Of a stretch of DNA of 64,000 nt, positions 28,350 through 38,361 are shown piece by piece; the stretch's first letter is position 1, and every line of letters starts with the position of its first letter. The stretch comes from Bdellovibrionia bacterium (GTDB lineage Bacteria > Bdellovibrionota > Bdellovibrionia > Bdellovibrionales > JAGQZY01), in the NCBI GenBank assembly GCA_030424715.1, contig JAUHWH010000002.1, forward strand, positions 147,080 through 211,079. Reading direction: 5' to 3'. The position numbers and the translations under genes are program-made. The notes under the pieces were generated by a model that did not search any database, was not told the origin of the DNA, and saw only the letters and a list, made by a program, of their open reading frames with translations.

Positions 28350-30823
28350 TTCGCCAGAGTATTGAGGGCTTCCAGTGGTGTCAATTTTTGAATCTCTAAA
28401 TCTCGCAGTCCTTGCGTCCATTCTCCCTCAACGGGCTGTGATTCGGGTTCGGGCTGTGAAGCCACAGCCTCCCAAAGGTCCATCTGACTGGAGCCCTCGC
28501 TGGGGCTGTTGCGTTCTCGACGATTCAACAGTTGCGTGGCGTACTGAATGACCTCTTTCGGAAGCCCAGCAAGCTTGGCGACTTGAATGCCATAAGACTT
28601 TTGCGCGGGCCCATCGGCCAAATGATAGCGAAACAGGATCTCACCATCTTTTTCGGAGATCGCCATATGCTTGTTTACCAACTGCTCGGGGTAACGAGTC
28701 TCTAAAACGGTCAACTCGTGATAGTGAGTGGCGAAAAGAGTGTAGGACTGAAGCTTTCTAAGAAAGTACTCTAAGATGGACTGTGCCAAGCTCATGCCAT
28801 CGTAGGTCGAAGTGCCGCGCCCCACTTCATCGAGGATCACCAGCGACTGGGACGTTGCTTCATTGAGCATCTCTGCGGTCTCTTGCATCTCGACCATAAA
28901 CGTGGAGAGTCCCTCGGTGAGGAAGTCGCTGGCCCCAATTCGAGTAAAAATTTTATCCACAATAGGGAGTTCCGCTTTTCGTGCAGGAACAAAGCACCCC
29001 AGCTGAGCCAAAAGACTGGCAATAGCCACCTGTCGCATCACCGTGCTCTTTCCAGCCATGTTCGGGCCGGTCAGCAACACCGACTGCCCCGCGTTCATAA
29101 TAACATCGTTGGGGACAAAGGCCTTCTCCATCATCTGCTCCACCACCGGGTGGCGTGAACCCTCGATCTGAATAGCCCCTTCGCTTTTCATCACCGGTTT
29201 GACAAAGGAGTTCTCTAGCGCCAACCAAGCCAAACTTGTAAAAACGTCCAATTGATTCACCTGATCGGCCAGCACCATCAAGGGGCGCAGGGTCAGTCGA
29301 ACGTCATTTTTTAAATCATTGAGCAGTTCTAGCTCGAGGTCGGCACGCTTGCTTTTTGCAGTAATCACTTTCTTTTCGAGTTCATTGAGCTCATCGGTGA
29401 CGTAGCGTTCCGCATTGGTTAAAGTCTGCTTACGCTGATAACGGTCCGCCGGAACCTTCGCTTTATGAGTGTTTGTCACCTCGATATAAAAACCAAAAAC
29501 ATTGTTGTAACGAATTTTTAAACTTTGAATTCCCGTTTTTTCTTTTTCTGTAGCTTCCAGCGCCCGTACTTTCTCTTGGGAGTTTGTCGCAATGTCGATA
29601 AGCTCATCCAAATTGACATTAAAGCCTTTCGCAATAAATGACCCTTCTCGAAAATTATTGGGAATCTCGTCGACAAAGGCCCGAGCCAGCTTGTCTTGCA
29701 ATGGTGCAATCTTGTCGAGCACCTCTTGCTTGCCGTAAAACTCTCCCATCACAGGTAGGAGCTCCAAGCATGACTGTAACGAGTCTGACAAAGATCGTAG
29801 ATCCCGCGGATGAGACTGCGGTTGCCCAACTTTGCCAAGTCGCCTCTCTAAATCACCCACTCCATAAAGTGTTTTACGGGTGGCCTTTAAGGTTTCCAAA
29901 TTTTTGGTCCATGACTCAACAGAATTCAAACGCTCGTTGATTCTCTCAAGATCGGTCAGGGGAAACTGCAACCAGCTTTTTAAGCGACGCCCGCCTCCGG
30001 CCGTTTTGGTTCGGTCAATACTGGTAAAAAGAGAACCCTGCTTGTCTCCCTTGTATGTTTTGAAGACCTCAAGATGGCGAAACACATTGGCCGATATTTG
30101 CATGCGAAAATTAGAATCACGTTTTTCAAAAGCCTGCAAAGAGTCAAGGACTCCTTCCCCTTGCATGGACTGAGCATAGGACAACAATCTTTTTGCCGAA
30201 AGAGGGAGGGACTCCTCTGTCTTCAGAACCGATTCGTGAAAACTCACAACACCCGCCCACGTATCAGGCTTGATCAAAAAGAATTGGGCTTCAGATGCCT
30301 CAGCTAAAACAATCTCAACAGGATTCAAGGTTTCAATCAACTGCTTTTTTCTTTTTTCGTCAGAGACCAGATAGTAAAAACACTCTCCCGTGGTTGAATC
30401 CATAAAACTGAGAGTGTCGCGGTCAAAGGCCATCAAATAGTTGGGCGAATGGGCATCGAGAGTTTCCGGATCAAACACCATCCCCGGCGTTAAGATCCGA
30501 GTCACCTCTCGCTTCACCAAGCCTTTTGCCATTTTTGGATCTTCAACCTGATCGCAGATCGCCACCTTCTTACCCGCCTGCAACAGCTTATTGATCTGCC
30601 CTGCTATAGAGTGATGAGGGACCCCGCACATGGGCGTCTGGTCACCCGACTTTTTATTCCGAGCCGTTAGGGCGATGCCGAGAAGTGGCGCTGCGGTTTG
30701 CGCATCTTCGTGGAACATCTCAAAGAAGTCTCCCATCCGAAAAAGAACAATTTTGTCGGGATGGGCCGATTTTACGCCCCAATATTGCTGCATTAAAGGT
30801 GTCATTTCTTTCTTTTTAGCCAT
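28328..30823 (-). CDS. mutS: DNA mismatch repair protein MutS
   Basis: TPLMQQY, FRMGDFFEMF, TGPNMAGKST, STFMVEM, DEVGRGTST, FATHYHEL, SYGIQVAKLAG. Confidence 0.97.
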   Translation of the reverse strand: MAKKKEMTPLMQQYWGVKSAHPDKIVLFRMGDFFEMFHEDAQTAAPLLGIALTARNKKSGDQTPMCGVPHHSIAGQINKLLQAGKKVAICDQVEDPKMAKGLVKREVTRILTPGMVFDPETLDAHSPNYLMAFDRDTLSFMDSTTGECFYYLVSDEKRKKQLIETLNPVEIVLAEASEAQFFLIKPDTWAGVVSFHESVLKTEESLPLSAKRLLSYAQSMQGEGVLDSLQAFEKRDSNFRMQISANVFRHLEVFKTYKGDKQGSLFTSIDRTKTAGGGRRLKSWLQFPLTDLERINERLNSVESWTKNLETLKATRKTLYGVGDLERRLGKVGQPQSHPRDLRSLSDSLQSCLELLPVMGEFYGKQEVLDKIAPLQDKLARAFVDEIPNNFREGSFIAKGFNVNLDELIDIATNSQEKVRALEATEKEKTGIQSLKIRYNNVFGFYIEVTNTHKAKVPADRYQRKQTLTNAERYVTDELNELEKKVITAKSKRADLELELLNDLKNDVRLTLRPLMVLADQVNQLDVFTSLAWLALENSFVKPVMKSEGAIQIEGSRHPVVEQMMEKAFVPNDVIMNAGQSVLLTGPNMAGKSTVMRQVAIASLLAQLGCFVPARKAELPIVDKIFTRIGASDFLTEGLSTFMVEMQETAEMLNEATSQSLVILDEVGRGTSTYDGMSLAQSILEYFLRKLQSYTLFATHYHELTVLETRYPEQLVNKHMAISEKDGEILFRYHLADGPAQKSYGIQVAKLAGLPKEVIQYATQLLNRRERNSPSEGSSQMDLWEAVASQPEPESQPVEGEWTQGLRDLEIQKLTPLEALNTLAKWQQELS

Positions 30824-30833
30824 AGAACCGCAA

Positions 30834-30862
30834 ACTATAGAAACTGATATCCGATTTGTCCA
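30834..30862 (-). promoter_or_regulatory. Sigma-70 promoter for mutS-glnD, very short leader
   Basis: Minus strand TGGACA-N17-TATAGT, 10 nt before the ATG. Confidence 0.6.
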
Positions 30863-31009
30863 AAAAATCCGCCTGGGACCGGCAGATAACCGGATGCATC
30901 GAAGCCACGATCAGTGTTAATCGAACACATCGCTCCACAACTGTCTATTTTACTGACAGGTAAGGTTTACCCTCTTCTAACGGCGCCTGCTTTCTGGTAG
31001 AAGTGCGTC

Positions 31010-31885
31010 ATGAGATTCTTTGTTATTCTACTTCTTTTCACCCTCTCGTGGGCGGCGGCGTCCGCTCAGGATATGAGGGGGCATCAAAGCTGGCTTCCCG
31101 TTCATCTGATTTTGGCATCCGAAAATCCCTCGGCTAGCTTCTATCTGCACGACCCGAGAAGTCCGCAGAAAAGTCCTGACTACTCCCGCCATTTCGTCAC
31201 TGACACTTTTGATGCCCGACTTAGCTTTTTGGGTGAAGGCGAGGTTGAGGTCCGACTGGCCGACCCTGTCGTGCTGGAAAGAAGCTTAGACGCCACCTTC
31301 CAAAAGACACTAGGGCACGTTATTCACTCTTTTCAATTTGAGTACCCCTTTGAAAAACAGTTGGCCTTGTTGGGGCAGCTCCAGTCCGGCTCTTATATTT
31401 CAATCTATGATGACGTGGACGAATCCATTCGAAGAGTCATCGACCGCGTCGACCGGGGTGATACGGACGGCTTAATTCGCGACCTGTACCACAATCCTCG
31501 ATTGGTCCCCCAATTGTACGAACTCAAATCAGTGGAATTCTATTCAAATATTGAGCAACTTGCGCCGGATCGCTGGATTCGCCCCAACTCTTTTTCTCTC
31601 ACGGCGGACCCTGTGGCTGAAGGGTCTGCAGAGAACCCATCGGTGAACCGCACCACCCTAATGCTCGGTGATGTGAAGACTCTCTACCCGCCCGACTCCC
31701 CCCTCATCGAAAAATTTGTAAGTGTAATGGCGCGGGTTCACGAGCGTCACCAGTTTTTAGGGCGAACGGGTTGGATTGAGGCCTTAAAACCTCAAGAGCA
31801 TCGCAAAATGTATTTCTCTCAGGCCAATCCCGTGGTTCTCCCTTTCTCGAACCAGAGATCGTGCTCAAGAATTTTTGGATTATAA
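31010..31885 (+). CDS. Secreted hypothetical protein with a C-terminal SCSRIF motif
   Basis: Signal peptide MRFFVILLLFTLSWAAASA; no recognisable domain; ends NQRSCSRIFGL. Confidence 0.7.
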   Translation: MRFFVILLLFTLSWAAASAQDMRGHQSWLPVHLILASENPSASFYLHDPRSPQKSPDYSRHFVTDTFDARLSFLGEGEVEVRLADPVVLERSLDATFQKTLGHVIHSFQFEYPFEKQLALLGQLQSGSYISIYDDVDESIRRVIDRVDRGDTDGLIRDLYHNPRLVPQLYELKSVEFYSNIEQLAPDRWIRPNSFSLTADPVAEGSAENPSVNRTTLMLGDVKTLYPPDSPLIEKFVSVMARVHERHQFLGRTGWIEALKPQEHRKMYFSQANPVVLPFSNQRSCSRIFGL

Positions 31886-31938
31886 CTCACATCATCGCTG
31901 AACTGGGCTTGAAAAAAACGGGAGAGTGGGGCTATCCT

Positions 31939-32754
31939 TTGAGCACTGTGACTCTAAAACAAAAACTCCATGAAGTTATCTTTGAAGCCGAAACTCTCTC
32001 TGGCAAGATTTTTGACATCGTCTTGATCGTCGCCATCTTGGGGAGCGTGGCGGTAACCATGCTCGAATCCGTGGAATCCATCGCCGTCCTGAACGAGTCC
32101 CTATTTTTCGGTTTCGAAGTGGTGTTTACGCTATTTTTTACAGTGGAGTACTTTTTAAGAATTTACTGCTCCTCTAGCTCCAAGGCCTATGTCTTTAGTT
32201 TCTTCGGCCTCGTGGATCTCTTAGCCACACTGCCTTTCTACATCCAACTTTTTGTCCCAGGAGCCCAGAGCCTGACGATTGTTCGAGGATTACGGATCAT
32301 GCGAGTGTTCCGAGTTTTAAAGCTCAACCAATACGCACTGGCCGGTCAACAACTGAATGCCGCCCTCAAACAAAGTTGGCCCAAAATATTTGTTTTTCTC
32401 ATCACCATCATTACTTCAGTTTCTATTATGGGAACCCTAATCTATATGATCGAAGGACGGGAGAACGGCTTTACGAGTATTCCCAAAGCCGTCTACTGGG
32501 CGGTAGTAACCATGACAACTGTAGGTTACGGCGACCTAACCCCACAAACCGATTTAGGGCAATTCACTTCTGTAGTGTTAATGATCTTGGGCTATGGTGT
32601 TCTCGCCGTACCGACAGGGATCGTAACATCTGAGGTGATTAAAATTAATAGCAATCAAGAATACACAAGAACTTGCTCGTCCTGCTTTAAAGAGGGACAC
32701 AACCAAGGGGCCCAGTTCTGCGACCGGTGTGGCGCTTCTTTAGGTCCGAAATGA
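31939..32754 (+). CDS. Voltage-gated-type K+ channel (6TM) with a C-terminal zinc ribbon
   Basis: S4 RGLRIMRVFRVLK, filter TMTTVGYGD, CSSC..CDRC. Start is TTG 31939 or GTG 31948. Confidence 0.92.
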   Translation: MSTVTLKQKLHEVIFEAETLSGKIFDIVLIVAILGSVAVTMLESVESIAVLNESLFFGFEVVFTLFFTVEYFLRIYCSSSSKAYVFSFFGLVDLLATLPFYIQLFVPGAQSLTIVRGLRIMRVFRVLKLNQYALAGQQLNAALKQSWPKIFVFLITIITSVSIMGTLIYMIEGRENGFTSIPKAVYWAVVTMTTVGYGDLTPQTDLGQFTSVVLMILGYGVLAVPTGIVTSEVIKINSNQEYTRTCSSCFKEGHNQGAQFCDRCGASLGPK

Positions 32755-32756
32755 AC

Positions 32757-32978
32757 TTAGGGTTTTAAGAAAGTGCGCCGATAGCTTTTGCTTTCAGCGG
32801 TTTGTTGAGCCGACTCTTGGCTTTTTTTGAGAAACTGGTCATCCATTATCAATCTTTGATCTGGAGTTTCAGGGGTCAACACCCATTCAGGGTCTCCGCT
32901 CACTACAGGCTTTTGAGCACAGGCGCCCAGTGACACCATAATGAAGACCAACGACAATACCATTTTAACTGAGACCAC
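32757..32978 (-). CDS. Small putative lipoprotein
   Basis: Hydrophobic N-terminus with lipobox LGAC. Confidence 0.55.
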   Translation of the reverse strand: MVSVKMVLSLVFIMVSLGACAQKPVVSGDPEWVLTPETPDQRLIMDDQFLKKSQESAQQTAESKSYRRTFLKP

Positions 32979-33148
32979 AATTCCACCATGTTTTTTGTTT
33001 GTGATTCACGTATACCGAATGTCGTCAAAAAAACCACTGAAAAAACAATGATTTGAAAGAATTTCTAAAAGTCCTAAGAAAGCTTTTTGGGCAAGAGGCG
33101 AGCCGCCTAGCGGATCACTGGAACGTGCAAAATCGCGACGGCCCGGCC

Positions 33149-34561
33149 TTAAGAAGTTTCTAAAGCGGTCAGCATTTTCTGATAAATACCCTGAAAGCCA
33201 CCGTTACTCATGATCAATACGGTATCACCAGACTTCGCTTTCGAGGCGATCACCTCCACCGCTTCCTCCACGGCTTCAAAACTAAACCCCGGTGTGGTCG
33301 GCGCGATATCCCGCAGGATCTGCTCAACATCGAGACTTTCCTCTCTGGATAACTTCGCCACCCCTTGAAAGGGGCGGCTGATTAAAACCTCATCGGCTTT
33401 GGCCAAGGCCCGGGTGTAGGCCTCTTGAAAGATACGACGGCGAGAAGTGTTTGAACGGGGTTCAAACACCACAAACAGGCGCCCCTTGTTCTCTCGCTTT
33501 TGAAAACTATCGATGGTCGCAGCCACAGCCGTCGGATGATGGGCAAAGTCCTCGATCACCTGCACCCCACGGGGCTCCCCGATCAGCTCTTGTCGCCGTT
33601 TGACACCCTTAAAACTAGCAAAAACCTTTTTCATATCGCATTGAAAGCCTAGTTCTCGACAAAGAGCGTACACAGACAAAGCGTTCGTCACGTTATACTG
33701 ACCGAACATGGGCACAAAAAGACGGTCTTCTTTGCTCCCTTTGAAAATCACATCAAACTCCAACCCCTGCCGCAGAAATTTTAAATCTGAAGCCGTCCAG
33801 TCGCCGCTTTCGAAGCCGTATGACACTTTTGGCCCCTGGTAGTGGTGCAAAATTTTCGGAATATTTTTGTCTTCTTGGTTGTAAACCAACAGTCCATCGC
33901 TGGTTGGAATAATTTGTAGTAATGACTCAAAGGCTTTTAAGATATCATCGAGAGAGTCATAGATATCCGCATGATCAAATTCAATGCCACTGAGAATCAC
34001 AGAGCGAGGATTATAAAACACAAACTTTGGGACTTTCGCAAAAAAGGCCGTGTCGTATTCGTCCCCTTCAATCACGAAGTGTTGTCCCCCTGGGTTCTGA
34101 AAAGACTGATGAAAGTTGCCGGGGATCCCGCCAATCAAAAACCCTGGCTTCAAACCCTCTTGCTCGCAGGCCCAAGCCAACATCGCCGTGGTGGTGGTCT
34201 TGCCATGGGTGCCTGCAACGACCATTGAGTGACGATCTTCAATTACAAAATCGCGCAGAGTCTCTGGTAAACTGGCATAGGGAATATCTGTTTTTAAAAG
34301 AGCATCGGCCTCTTCGTAGTGTTTAGAAATCACATTGCCCACCACCACAAAATCGGGACGGGGCTCAAGATTTTCCGCTTTGTAGCCCTGCAAAATCGAG
34401 ATGCCCTGACTTTCAAGCTGGGTCGACATCGGTGGGTAAACATTTTGATCGCTTCCGGTGATCTTAAAACCCCGTTCTTGTAAGATACCAGCTAAAGACG
34501 CCATAGCCGTTCCACAAATGCCCATCAAGTGAATATGAGATCCTGGCTTCAATTGAATCAT
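33149..34561 (-). CDS. mpl: Murein peptide ligase (UDP-MurNAc:L-Ala-gamma-D-Glu-mDAP ligase)
   Basis: GICGTAMASLA, VYPPMST, GTHGKTTT, EGDEYDTAFF, EFDHADIY, DFAHHPTA, FEPRSNT, MSNGGF. Confidence 0.93.
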   Translation of the reverse strand: MIQLKPGSHIHLMGICGTAMASLAGILQERGFKITGSDQNVYPPMSTQLESQGISILQGYKAENLEPRPDFVVVGNVISKHYEEADALLKTDIPYASLPETLRDFVIEDRHSMVVAGTHGKTTTTAMLAWACEQEGLKPGFLIGGIPGNFHQSFQNPGGQHFVIEGDEYDTAFFAKVPKFVFYNPRSVILSGIEFDHADIYDSLDDILKAFESLLQIIPTSDGLLVYNQEDKNIPKILHHYQGPKVSYGFESGDWTASDLKFLRQGLEFDVIFKGSKEDRLFVPMFGQYNVTNALSVYALCRELGFQCDMKKVFASFKGVKRRQELIGEPRGVQVIEDFAHHPTAVAATIDSFQKRENKGRLFVVFEPRSNTSRRRIFQEAYTRALAKADEVLISRPFQGVAKLSREESLDVEQILRDIAPTTPGFSFEAVEEAVEVIASKAKSGDTVLIMSNGGFQGIYQKMLTALETS

Positions 34562-35607
34562 GCTCGCCCTTTCAAGTGTTCGAAAATCCAATTATGGATC
34601 TGGGGCCGTAACCGCACAAAGCCTTTGTTTTCACGAGTGGGATAAACCCTGTTGCTCAGTATACAAACAAACAGATCCCGTTCGGGATCAAACCAAAATG
34701 AGGTGCCGGTGAACCCCGTGTGACCAAAAGACTTTTTGCTGAAAAAATCACCCGCCGAAGCCTTCTCTTCACTCGGTAACATAAAGCCGTACCCCCAATC
34801 GCCTTGATCTTTTGGCATCGAGCGCGCGGCGAATCTTTTTAGATCCTGACGCTGCAGGATTTTATGCTCTCCCCGCCAGACTTTTCGAATCAGCTGTCCG
34901 TATAAAAAAAGGTCGCCGATTTGTCCAAATAAACCAGCGTGGGGCGCCACCCCACCGAGGGCCCAAGCATTTTCATCATGAACCTGACCGCGGACAACCT
35001 GCTTGCGCCATGGGCAGTTCTCGGTGGGAGCATAGTCGCCAAGCTTGCGATGTCTGATATTTGAAGCATTGAAATGAAAATCACTAGCTCCAAGAAATTT
35101 AGCTTTCAGTCGCTGCCAGATCATCAGAAGGGGCTTGCCTTCAAGCTTCTGCATAATCGCACCGAGCAAATAAAAATCAATATCAGAGTAGACGGCTTTT
35201 TTACCATTGGACAGCGGCGCTTGCCGACAAAACTTCTCCATTTGCTGATACCTCTGCTCAATAGAAAGGCTCGTAGAGATGTCTTTGTAAAAGGGCTGCC
35301 ACCAATCGTTACCAGCGCTGTGATTCAACAACTGCCCCACTTTGACTCGGGCATGGGGGTACCAGGGTAAAATCCCTTGAACTTTCCTCTGTAAAATCTT
35401 GGGATCGCACAATGAGTGCTCCAGAAACCAAAGGGTGGTGAAAACAATTTTAGTAAGAGAGGCGATATCGTAAAAAGAGTAGGTTTTGCCGCAGGCTATA
35501 TCAACCACCCGCTGCCCTTGATAGCAGGCTTGCACCTTGAGACCTTGAAAATCGAAGTCTTCCGATTGTTTAATAAATTTTTGCAACTCTTGGTTCAAAG
35601 GGTTCAC
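34558..35607 (-). CDS. Serine hydrolase, beta-lactamase/AmpC-like fold (candidate muropeptide amidase)
   Basis: SxxK (ASLTK), LLNHSAG, YSD, GQVHDENA, HAGLF, GHTGFTG; no obvious signal peptide. Confidence 0.85.
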   Translation of the reverse strand: MNPLNQELQKFIKQSEDFDFQGLKVQACYQGQRVVDIACGKTYSFYDIASLTKIVFTTLWFLEHSLCDPKILQRKVQGILPWYPHARVKVGQLLNHSAGNDWWQPFYKDISTSLSIEQRYQQMEKFCRQAPLSNGKKAVYSDIDFYLLGAIMQKLEGKPLLMIWQRLKAKFLGASDFHFNASNIRHRKLGDYAPTENCPWRKQVVRGQVHDENAWALGGVAPHAGLFGQIGDLFLYGQLIRKVWRGEHKILQRQDLKRFAARSMPKDQGDWGYGFMLPSEEKASAGDFFSKKSFGHTGFTGTSFWFDPERDLFVCILSNRVYPTRENKGFVRLRPQIHNWIFEHLKGRA

Positions 35608-36527
35608 AACGCGCCACTATCCACAGTTAACTGCGGCTTTGGCCCCAAACTCAGCTTAGCAGCAGTCCCAAAAGGCAAAGGATGTTGGTTTTTACCATGC
35701 CCACTGGGCAAGCCCATCACAACCGGAAAGCTCTGTTGCTCAGCAAATAGTTTTAAATACTCGGGCACCCTGTTCTTACCATTGGGCTCATGCCCTTCGG
35801 TGAACTGTCCCAGAACCATCGCTTTTAAACCTCTGAACATCCCCAACTGCCTCATGTGTTCCAGCACGCGATCGATTTTGTAGGCCCGCTCCCCCACCTC
35901 TTCGAGGAAAAGAATGCGTCCTTTGGTTTGTAACTGATGATCGGTCCCGAACCCTGCTTGCAAAGTAATGAGGTTTCCCCCAACCACCTGACTGCGCAGA
36001 TGGCGAGTTTTCGAAGCGGGCCCGTTCAGCGGTTTCAAAGCAAAACTGAGACTGCGCTGGTTTCCAAAAAGAATATCGCGAAAGCGCTTTTTCTCTCCGG
36101 CAGTGGCAGTACCCAATGCGAATCGATCAATATTGCAACCGTGAATGGTTTGCCAATGCCACTTTTGAACAAAAAAGGTGTGGAGGGTCGTAATATCACT
36201 AAAACCCAAAAAGCACTTATTCTGTACCGGTCTCATTTTGTCTAAAGCATCTAAAAGGTGCAACGACCCATACCCGCCACGAAGACACCAGATCATTTTA
36301 GAATCTGTCGCCAACAGTGCCTTTTTTAAGTTCTTAAAACGGATCTCCGCGGAATTGGCGCACAACAGGTCTTTGCCCACAAGATCATCAGAAAAACGGC
36401 CTCGAAGGCCCCAGGAGCTTAAAAATTGCTCAACACCTTTTAAAGTGTGGGGTCTCGGCCGCCCGGCGGGCGCCACGACGTCCACAAGATCGCCTTTTTT
36501 TAGAACACCCCAACCCGACTGACTCAT
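35604..36527 (-). CDS. ldcA: LD-carboxypeptidase (peptidase S66, LdcA-like)
   Basis: RGGYGS, GFSDIT (Ser nucleophile), GGNL, LFLEEVGE, SGHG. Confidence 0.88.
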   Translation of the reverse strand: MSQSGWGVLKKGDLVDVVAPAGRPRPHTLKGVEQFLSSWGLRGRFSDDLVGKDLLCANSAEIRFKNLKKALLATDSKMIWCLRGGYGSLHLLDALDKMRPVQNKCFLGFSDITTLHTFFVQKWHWQTIHGCNIDRFALGTATAGEKKRFRDILFGNQRSLSFALKPLNGPASKTRHLRSQVVGGNLITLQAGFGTDHQLQTKGRILFLEEVGERAYKIDRVLEHMRQLGMFRGLKAMVLGQFTEGHEPNGKNRVPEYLKLFAEQQSFPVVMGLPSGHGKNQHPLPFGTAAKLSLGPKPQLTVDSGAL

Positions 36528-36533
36528 ACCGCT

Positions 36534-36561
36534 ATTCTAGGGGAATTTTACTCACTGTCCA
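36534..36561 (-). promoter_or_regulatory. Sigma-70 promoter, probably leaderless, for ldcA-hydrolase-mpl
   Basis: Minus strand TGGACA-N16-TAGAAT, then 6 nt to ATG 36527. Confidence 0.55.
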
Positions 36562-36623
36562 ATAAAAATAGGGACGGCGACGGAACATTGCACTCCCCGC
36601 CCGGTTGTGGGAAGTTGCCTGTC

Positions 36624-37211
36624 ATGCTCGCCATCGATCAAATGATCTTTCATTTTATAAACTCCACTCTCAGCAATGATTTGTTTGATCAATGGATGCC
36701 GATCATCACCGATCTCCACAAAAACAAAACCTTTCTGACTTATGTTTTACCCGTGCTGTTATTGGTTTGGATCTACCGCAAACGCTGGCAGGTCCTGCCT
36801 GTCATGCTGGGGCTCGGTCTCTGTGTCGGAGTCATCGACAACTACTGTTACCGGGTTTTGAAGCCCCACTTTGAAAGAGAACGGCCGCCTGCTGTGGAAT
36901 CTGAAATCAATGTGCGCGTGGACCGCTATGCGGGCTACAGCTTCCCCTCGAACCATGCGGCTAATAATTTTGCTGGGGCCACCTTTTTAAGCTACTGCTA
37001 CCCCGCATTATCTGGCGTCTTTTACGGTGTTGCCGCGCTGGTGGCCCTCTCCCGAGTCTACGTGGGCGTGCATTATCCGGCGGATATCTTGGCGGGAGCC
37101 TTTCTTGGGGTGATTTTTGGACTTTTCTTTTTCAAATTCTGGTCCATAATTTTATTAGGAAGTAGCCGGCGTTGGCCGATCTTCTCGATGCCAAGATCAA
37201 AAAGAAAATAG
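36624..37211 (+). CDS. PAP2-family phosphatase (candidate undecaprenyl-pyrophosphate phosphatase)
   Basis: KPHFERERP, SFPSNH and SRVYVGVHYPAD motifs. Confidence 0.9.
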   Translation: MLAIDQMIFHFINSTLSNDLFDQWMPIITDLHKNKTFLTYVLPVLLLVWIYRKRWQVLPVMLGLGLCVGVIDNYCYRVLKPHFERERPPAVESEINVRVDRYAGYSFPSNHAANNFAGATFLSYCYPALSGVFYGVAALVALSRVYVGVHYPADILAGAFLGVIFGLFFFKFWSIILLGSSRRWPIFSMPRSKRK

Positions 37212-37222
37212 ATGGGGTGACC

Positions 37223-38242
37223 ATGGTTCTTGATACAGACAAACTCAAAGAAAAGACAGCCAAAGAGTGGGCGCAAGTTGTGGCCCGATACAAACGACCC
37301 AGCCACGCGCGCAGCATTTTTGAAATTGCCGTCACTTGCATCCCCTTTGTGGGCCTTTGGTTGCTTGCGGTTTATTTTTATTACTACAGCTACTGGCTCT
37401 CCTTACTGTTCATCATTCCAGCGGCTTTCTTTTTGGTTCGCCTGTTCGCCATTCAACATGACTGTGGCCACGGCACATTATTTCGCTACAAGGCCGCCAA
37501 CGACTGGGTGGGGCGCGTGCTCGGTGTTTTTACATTCACCCCTTACGAGGTTTGGAAGCGCGACCATGCGGCCCATCACTCAACCTCTGGCAATCTTTCA
37601 CAACGGGGTTACGGAGACATCACCACTCTAACCATTGAGGAGTATCAACAACTCTCGCTCAAAGGACGATTCGCTTACAAACTGTACCGGAGCCCACTGG
37701 TTCTTTTTCTTTTTGGCCCCACCTATCTGTTTGTCATTCGACAACGTTTACCCATTGGTCGCATGAAAGAGTTTAAAGCGTGGATTAGTGCCATGGGCAC
37801 CAATCTGTTTATTGCGGCCATTGTCCTGACACTGCTTTACACGATCGGTACTGGCGCCTTCTTTTTGGTCCACATGCCCATCGTGATTCTGGCGGGCACC
37901 TTAGGTGTCTGGCTCTTCTACGTGCAACACCAGTTCGAGAACACCCACTGGGAGCACCAAGACACCTGGAACCCCCAGCACGCCGCCCTTTATGGCAGCT
38001 CCCATTACGACTTGCCCCTGCCTTTGCGCTGGGCCACGGCCAATATTGGGGCTCACCATATTCATCATTTGCACAGCCGCATCCCCTACTACCGCTTGCC
38101 AAAAATATTAAAGGATCACCCCCAACTGAAAGACATGGGGCGCATCACGCTTTGGCAAAGTCTCAAATGCGTAAACTTGCATCTGTGGGATGAGGCCAAC
38201 AAAAAGCTAGTCTCCTTTCGCGAACGCCGAAAAAAAGTCTAA
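37223..38242 (+). CDS. Membrane acyl-lipid fatty acid desaturase
   Basis: Three His boxes (HDCGH, HAAHH, HHIHH) plus WLFYVQHQFE and RIPYYRL. Confidence 0.92.
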   Translation: MVLDTDKLKEKTAKEWAQVVARYKRPSHARSIFEIAVTCIPFVGLWLLAVYFYYYSYWLSLLFIIPAAFFLVRLFAIQHDCGHGTLFRYKAANDWVGRVLGVFTFTPYEVWKRDHAAHHSTSGNLSQRGYGDITTLTIEEYQQLSLKGRFAYKLYRSPLVLFLFGPTYLFVIRQRLPIGRMKEFKAWISAMGTNLFIAAIVLTLLYTIGTGAFFLVHMPIVILAGTLGVWLFYVQHQFENTHWEHQDTWNPQHAALYGSSHYDLPLPLRWATANIGAHHIHHLHSRIPYYRLPKILKDHPQLKDMGRITLWQSLKCVNLHLWDEANKKLVSFRERRKKV

Positions 38243-38361
38243 AATAAATTAGATTCCCCGCTGTGCCTCCTTCGGTGTCTTATCTGTAGATTTTACAGCA
38301 AGGGTGCCTATTCTCGACGCATTGTAGTATTAGATTTGAAAACCATCACACAGGAGACCGA

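Noticed and set aside
31939..32754. K+ channel with a zinc ribbon as a novelty
   Set aside because: As far as I recall this architecture is common among bacterial ion-transporter proteins, so it is listed as a feature only.
34558..36527. Antibiotic resistance reading (beta-lactamase plus MccF microcin immunity)
   Set aside because: There is no signal peptide on the hydrolase, and coupling to mpl points to peptidoglycan recycling.
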